Positions 60,490 to 64,000 of a DNA stretch of 64,000 bases are shown in pieces. The notes beneath the pieces are model-generated. The model did not search any database and was not told the DNA's origin. It saw only the letters and a program-made list of their open reading frames with translations. The position numbers were made by a program, and so were the translations under genes. The DNA comes from an uncultured Gammaproteobacteria bacterium (GTDB lineage Bacteria; Pseudomonadota; Gammaproteobacteria; Xanthomonadales; SZUA-36): positions 254,366-318,365 of the forward strand of contig CAVVLP010000010.1 of the NCBI GenBank assembly GCA_963749115.1. Reading direction: 5' to 3'. How positions within the stretch are numbered: the first letter of the stretch is position 1; each line of letters starts with the position of its first letter.

Positions 60490-60922
60490 TTACAATCTCT
60501 CACCGTACTTTTCCATCCATTCCCCAAGACCCTTCAAAGAATCCAATGTCACTTCTTCTTCAATTTCTTTTATAAGCCCATTCTCGAAGCAATATCTAGC
60601 TTCTCCTTCTACTACCAGGTCTGGTGTATTTGCAAGTGAATAGGTGCAACGCCACTGCCGGGCAAGGCGCTCTCCCTCAGTTACTGGAGAAGTTAGCGCC
60701 ACTAAATTCCTATTTTCGAACCGCCTGTCAGTATTGGCCACATCTGCTTTCAAAAAAGCTATTACAGCAGCGCTACCTTCAGACTTCAGGATCTGGACCG
60801 CCAACATTAAAATATGTCACATCCTCTGCTAGATATTGTTCCAGCCTAGACCAATCATCATCTTCTACCGCATCTTCAAAAGCGGCTGCAAATTTGTTAA
60901 ATGTGTCGATGTTATCCATATG
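60490..60922 (-). CDS. NTF2/SnoaL-like protein (one apparent frameshift near 60785)
   Basis: MDNIDTFNKFAAAFEDAVEDDDWSRLEQYLAEDVTYFNVGGPDPEV (my translation), then ORF 60490-60807. Confidence 0.5.
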
Positions 60923-60925
60923 AAT

Positions 60926-61021
60926 GCCTAACGTCTTAGTTAAGCGGCCCTAAAGGGCGCAGCCTTTTTGGGTCCGGTGGAGGCGCGCAGCGCCGGAACG
61001 AACTTGAACGATTTGTTATGT
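60926..61021 (-). other. attC site (96 bp, long class)
   Basis: GCCTAACGTCTTAGTTAAGCGGCC...GTCCGGTGGAG...CGCCGGAACGAACTTGAACGATTTGTTATGT. Confidence 0.8.
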
Positions 61022-61045
61022 GACCGGCTGAATGGAAATGGAAAA

Positions 61046-61402
61046 CTAAAGTTCAACAATTGTATTAAATCCGCCAAATATCATTCGCTTTCCATCAAAG
61101 GGCATCTTACTTAAATCCCAACCCTGCAATCGAGGATCTTTCATTGCAGCTTTGTTTCCAACATCCCGGGCTTCTCGAGATGGCCAAATAATCCACGAGA
61201 AAACAACGTCCTCTCCTTCCTCACACTTAACAGCCATGGGCAGAGATGTAATCTCACCGTCAGGCACATCATCTGCCCAATTTTCTACGACTGACAAAGC
61301 ACCATGGGCTTTGAATACAACGGCTGACTCTTCCGCAAGCTGTATGTACTCCGGCTTGTTCTTCCTCGGAACAGCCAGCACGTATCCATCGACATATGGC
61401 AT
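61046..61402 (-). CDS. DUF1428-family protein
   Basis: Trimmed to MPYVDGYVLAVPRKNKPEYIQLAEESAVVFKAHGAL...FDGKRMIFGGF. Confidence 0.7.
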   Translation of the reverse strand: MPYVDGYVLAVPRKNKPEYIQLAEESAVVFKAHGALSVVENWADDVPDGEITSLPMAVKCEEGEDVVFSWIIWPSREARDVGNKAAMKDPRLQGWDLSKMPFDGKRMIFGGFNTIVEL

Positions 61403-61461
61403 AGGTTTGTCTCCTTCATTCTGTTTCATGGTGGCACAAATGCGTCAATTTATTGATTGGC

Positions 61462-61554
61462 ACATAACGTTTGAATTAACCGGCGCGCCACTGGACGTTT
61501 CCGCGGAAACGCGCCACCGCACTTTCACGCGTCCGGTTGAATGGCTTGTTATAT
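61462..61554 (-). other. attC site (93 bp); duplicate of 58965-59057
   Basis: ACATAACGTTTGAATTAACCGGCGCGCC...GTTATAT. Confidence 0.8.
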
Positions 61555-61572
61555 GACGTGCCCATAATGAGG

Positions 61573-61821
61573 TTACTTTCCAAAATGCTTCTCCAGGAAC
61601 TTGTCGGCCAACTCCGTTCCTTCTTCTGTGAAAACGACTGACTTTTGCTTTCCAACAGGATCAAATATCCAGCCTTTCTGGTACAGAATATCCAACAGAT
61701 CCCAATCCATTCCTTTCCAGGCGCGAGCGGTTCCCATTTTATTCTGAGTTGCGGTGAGTGACAGAATAGCCAGTGCGGCTTCAGCCAATTTTTCTTCATC
61801 AAGGGTATTGGAAAATGTCAT
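61573..61821 (-). CDS. small cassette protein (DUF6429-like), copy B
   Basis: Identical to 59076-59324. Confidence 0.55.
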   Translation of the reverse strand: MTFSNTLDEEKLAEAALAILSLTATQNKMGTARAWKGMDWDLLDILYQKGWIFDPVGKQKSVVFTEEGTELADKFLEKHFGK

Positions 61822-61855
61822 TGTAAGAATCCTCGTGTCTGAGTTTCCCGTGTTC

Positions 61856-61951
61856 ATATAACGTTTGAGTTAAGCGGCGTAAAACTGCGCAGCAGTTTTA
61901 TGTCCGGTGGAGGCGCGCAGCGCCGGAACGAACTTAAACGATTTGTTATGT
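61856..61951 (-). other. attC site (96 bp, long class)
   Basis: ATATAACGTTTGAGTTAAGCGGCG...GTCCGGTGGAG...CGCCGGAACGAACTTAAACGATTTGTTATGT. Confidence 0.8.
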
Positions 61952-61953
61952 TT

Positions 61954-62247
61954 CTACCTGCCACCATGACCACTACTTTTCCGCGCCAAACTTGCTGCGT
62001 AAGTGTCACTTATGGTGGGGTGATTGCCCACTTGCCGCATCTTCTTTTGTGCGAAATAGTCCTCTCGATTTAAGTAAATAGCCATTGAAGCGCCGACCAC
62101 TGGAACCAACCAAATAAAAAGTGTTTGATAAAGACGACGCTGTTTCACTTTAAAATAAGTGTGAAAGACAACGTAAGTTGCAACCAAGTTGAGAAGAACT
62201 ACGAATACTGAAATCCCAACAATAAGGTACAGAGCTAAGTTTTGCAT
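61954..62247 (-). CDS. hypothetical 2-TM membrane protein
   Basis: 97 aa, MQNLALYLIVGISVFVVLLNLVATYVVF. Confidence 0.45.
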   Translation of the reverse strand: MQNLALYLIVGISVFVVLLNLVATYVVFHTYFKVKQRRLYQTLFIWLVPVVGASMAIYLNREDYFAQKKMRQVGNHPTISDTYAASLARKSSGHGGR

Positions 62248-62264
62248 TCAGGACTCTCTTGTAA

Positions 62265-62360
62265 ACATAACGTTTGAGTTAAGCGGCGTAAAAATGCGCA
62301 GCATTTTTACGTCCGGTGGAGGCGCGCAGCGCCGGAACGAACTTGAACGATTTGTTATGC
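62265..62360 (-). other. attC site (96 bp, long class)
   Basis: ACATAACGTTTGAGTTAAGCGGCG...GTCCGGTGGAG...CGCCGGAACGAACTTGAACGATTTGTTATGC. Confidence 0.8.
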
Positions 62361-62741
62361 ATATCCTAATAGCCCCACTTGGCTTGCTGTGAACAGAATC
62401 CACAAGAAGCCAATCAAACTAGCAAAACCCAGAGGCAGGTTGAGTATATGGTTACCAAACCGCCTTTTGTTTATATATACCAGTAACAAGGACATAACCA
62501 TCATAGCTGCACATATTATGAAAACACCCAAAACCCCGCGTTCCATGGTTATGCCATAGCCAGAAAAGTAAGAACGACCAACAAAGCCTGAATCTAGTTG
62601 AACACCAGAAGTTATTTTGGAAACCGTTTGTGCGTAGTGCAAATCGTCATTGCGTATACTTTGATGAGAATAAAATGTGTGAATAAAAAGAAAAAAACCA
62701 CTCAGTATCAAAGTCAGGCTAAGTGTTTGTATTTTAGTCAT
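62355..62741 (-). CDS. hypothetical 4-TM membrane protein (attI-proximal cassette)
   Basis: 128 aa, first cassette after the attI-like junction. Confidence 0.45.
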   Translation of the reverse strand: MTKIQTLSLTLILSGFFLFIHTFYSHQSIRNDDLHYAQTVSKITSGVQLDSGFVGRSYFSGYGITMERGVLGVFIICAAMMVMSLLLVYINKRRFGNHILNLPLGFASLIGFLWILFTASQVGLLGYA

Positions 62742-62751
62742 GGTGCAATAT

Positions 62752-62758
62752 GCATAAC
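62752..62758 (-). other. attI-cassette junction core (GTTATGC on the minus strand)
   Basis: A lone GCATAAC with no palindromic partner arm to its right, located between the first cassette and the intI remnant. Confidence 0.5.
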
Positions 62759-63004
62759 GTCATTTAGGTGGCAATTCAGGCATATCAGGCTCTTTGTCCA
62801 GATATGCCCACTCTGAAATCTCATTCTGTCTAGAAACTTTCTGTTTTGCAAAAGGTATATTGATTGTCTGATCTTGAAAGGTTCTTGTTATCAGTCATTT
62901 CTGCCTGCTATGACGTGTGCTTTGCCAACAAAACTGGATGTAAATCACTGATATTTTCGCTTGAACGGGAGTTACAAGCTGGTTTCCTCTTTAAAAGGCC
63001 GCCT

Positions 63005-63109
63005 ATGTCAAAACTGCTGGATAACGTCAGAATTGGTCTTTGCGTTCATCACTGTACGATCCAAAGCAAGAAGTCCTGCGTGCTATGGATTAGGAGTTTA
63101 GTTCTTTGA
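63005..63109 (+). pseudogene. intI: integron integrase remnant (N-terminal ~34 codons only)
   Basis: MSKLLDNVRIGLCVHHCTIQSKKSCVLWIRSLVL*. By eye it aligns to the IntI N-terminal pattern LLDxVR..(I)RV(R)HYS(I)RTE.AY..WI(K/R)RFI.FH. It is divergent from the cassettes, as expected for intI. Confidence 0.45.
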
Positions 63110-63211
63110 AGGACTGCTCATGGCCGTTTTCTTCCATGGGTGTCCGTATTGGGTTCTTTGTGCAAGCAAAGAAAAGTCACTCGCGCATAAGGCGCGAAAT
63201 CCCCTTAAAAA

Positions 63212-63994
63212 CTAACCCGCCAACCCGCTATGCTCCAAAGGCCTCTCCCGATGCATCAACAACCACTCAGCGCCTTCCTCTAACGCAGCATTACCCAGGG
63301 CCCTTAGCACCGCACGGCGAAACGTTACATCATCTGAACTATCCAGCAGACGTCGTGCATTGGCCAAAATCCCACGCATGAAGCGGTATTGCTTAATCAA
63401 CTCTTTCTCTGCCTTTTTGTGCGAATACGCATCACGAACACCGGCAATCAAGGGAAAAACACCCATCAAAACCAACAAATAAGTCCGATGAGTATCCGCC
63501 ATATCTGTACCTGCGATTGCCAATACAACAGCAATCAGCATACCCACCCATAAGGCGGTTTTGCCAAGAAAAGTAGTACGTTTGAATCTAACCGCTTTTT
63601 CCTGCTCCTTGCTCTGATAGTAGGATAGCTGACCGGTCTGTCCGGCTTCATCACCAACCCATTGCTCAATGACCCAGTCCACCCATGCTTCCGGCGGCAC
63701 CTGGTCACGACTACGTGAAAGACTGACATTACGCATGACGTGACGTATCCAACCCAGGTCAACATCCTGTTTTTGCAGAAAGTTGTCATAGGCGAATTCA
63801 GCCGACTGCACATCAATTACACCTGCCAGGCTCCAGTAAAACTGTACCCGTAAACCCTCCGCCAGGGCCCGGTAGTCGAGGTGTTTGCGGTGCCATTGCC
63901 GTCGCTCTCCAATTTTGTAAAGCAAAAAACCGGCAAGAAAAGCGAACAAAAAGATATTGACCAGGAAGTCGAGCCCCTCAAGTTCCGAGTACAT
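63212..63994 (-). CDS. multi-TM membrane protein with a SLATT/DUF4231-like region (N-terminus may lie beyond the window)
   Basis: QLSYYQSKEQEKAVRFKRTTFLGKTALWVGMLIAVVLAI...TYLLVLMGVFPLIAGV...YSHKKAEKELIKQYRFM. This is the helix / TM / TM / helix layout I associate with SLATT/DUF4231. A further hydrophobic segment lies at the N-terminus (LDFLVNIFLFAFLAGFLLY). Confidence 0.45.
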   Translation of the reverse strand: MYSELEGLDFLVNIFLFAFLAGFLLYKIGERRQWHRKHLDYRALAEGLRVQFYWSLAGVIDVQSAEFAYDNFLQKQDVDLGWIRHVMRNVSLSRSRDQVPPEAWVDWVIEQWVGDEAGQTGQLSYYQSKEQEKAVRFKRTTFLGKTALWVGMLIAVVLAIAGTDMADTHRTYLLVLMGVFPLIAGVRDAYSHKKAEKELIKQYRFMRGILANARRLLDSSDDVTFRRAVLRALGNAALEEGAEWLLMHRERPLEHSGLAG

Positions 63995-64000
63995 GATGAA

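Larger units (their letters stand above)
51877..62758 (-). mobile_element. integron gene-cassette array (15 clear attC sites, 15-16 cassettes, attI-like end at 62752-62758)
   Basis: Short minus-strand ORFs are separated by 61-96-bp imperfect palindromes bounded by ...ATAAC and GTTAT.... See the individual attC features. Confidence 0.85.

Noticed and set aside
63102-63211. Continuation of the intI remnant in another frame (…AVFFHGCPYW…, reminiscent of RFIxFHG)
   Set aside because: The match is only four residues, with extra residues that have no counterpart in IntI. This is too weak to extend the pseudogene call.

Overview
This 64-kb chromosomal segment looks gammaproteobacterial. That is inferred from gene content and protein signatures (bioBFHCD, tatABC, acs, ubiA, zapE, acpH, queD); no search was run. 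Layout from left to right: (i) 1-7.3 kb is a GC-rich block with a monohaem cytochrome c, a ~5-kb secreted BNR/Asp-box beta-propeller gene and a ~7-haem cytochrome c; the last two are shattered by many frameshifts. (ii) 8.1-11.7 kb is a 2 x 1,789-bp tandem duplication carrying an MscS-family channel gene. (iii) 11.8-12.5 kb holds tRNA-Arg(CCG) followed by three tandem hairpin-rich units of 187-281 bp; each starts with a copy of the tRNA terminator and ends with the last ~19 nt of the tRNA. (iv) 12.7-51.5 kb holds ordinary housekeeping and accessory genes. (v) 51.9-62.8 kb is an integron cassette array with 15 clear attC sites, cassette ORFs on the minus strand (one LysR gene is on the plus strand), five toxin-antitoxin cassettes and one exactly duplicated cassette. 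The array ends at an attI-like junction next to a ~34-codon remnant of intI. The rest of intI appears replaced by a multi-TM gene with a SLATT/DUF4231-like region at the right edge. At least 14 genes, including housekeeping ones, carry apparent frameshifts, and these are very unevenly distributed. Either the assembly has indel errors or parts of the genome are decaying, so every pseudogene call carries that caveat. Hand-derived coordinates may be off by 1-2 nt.
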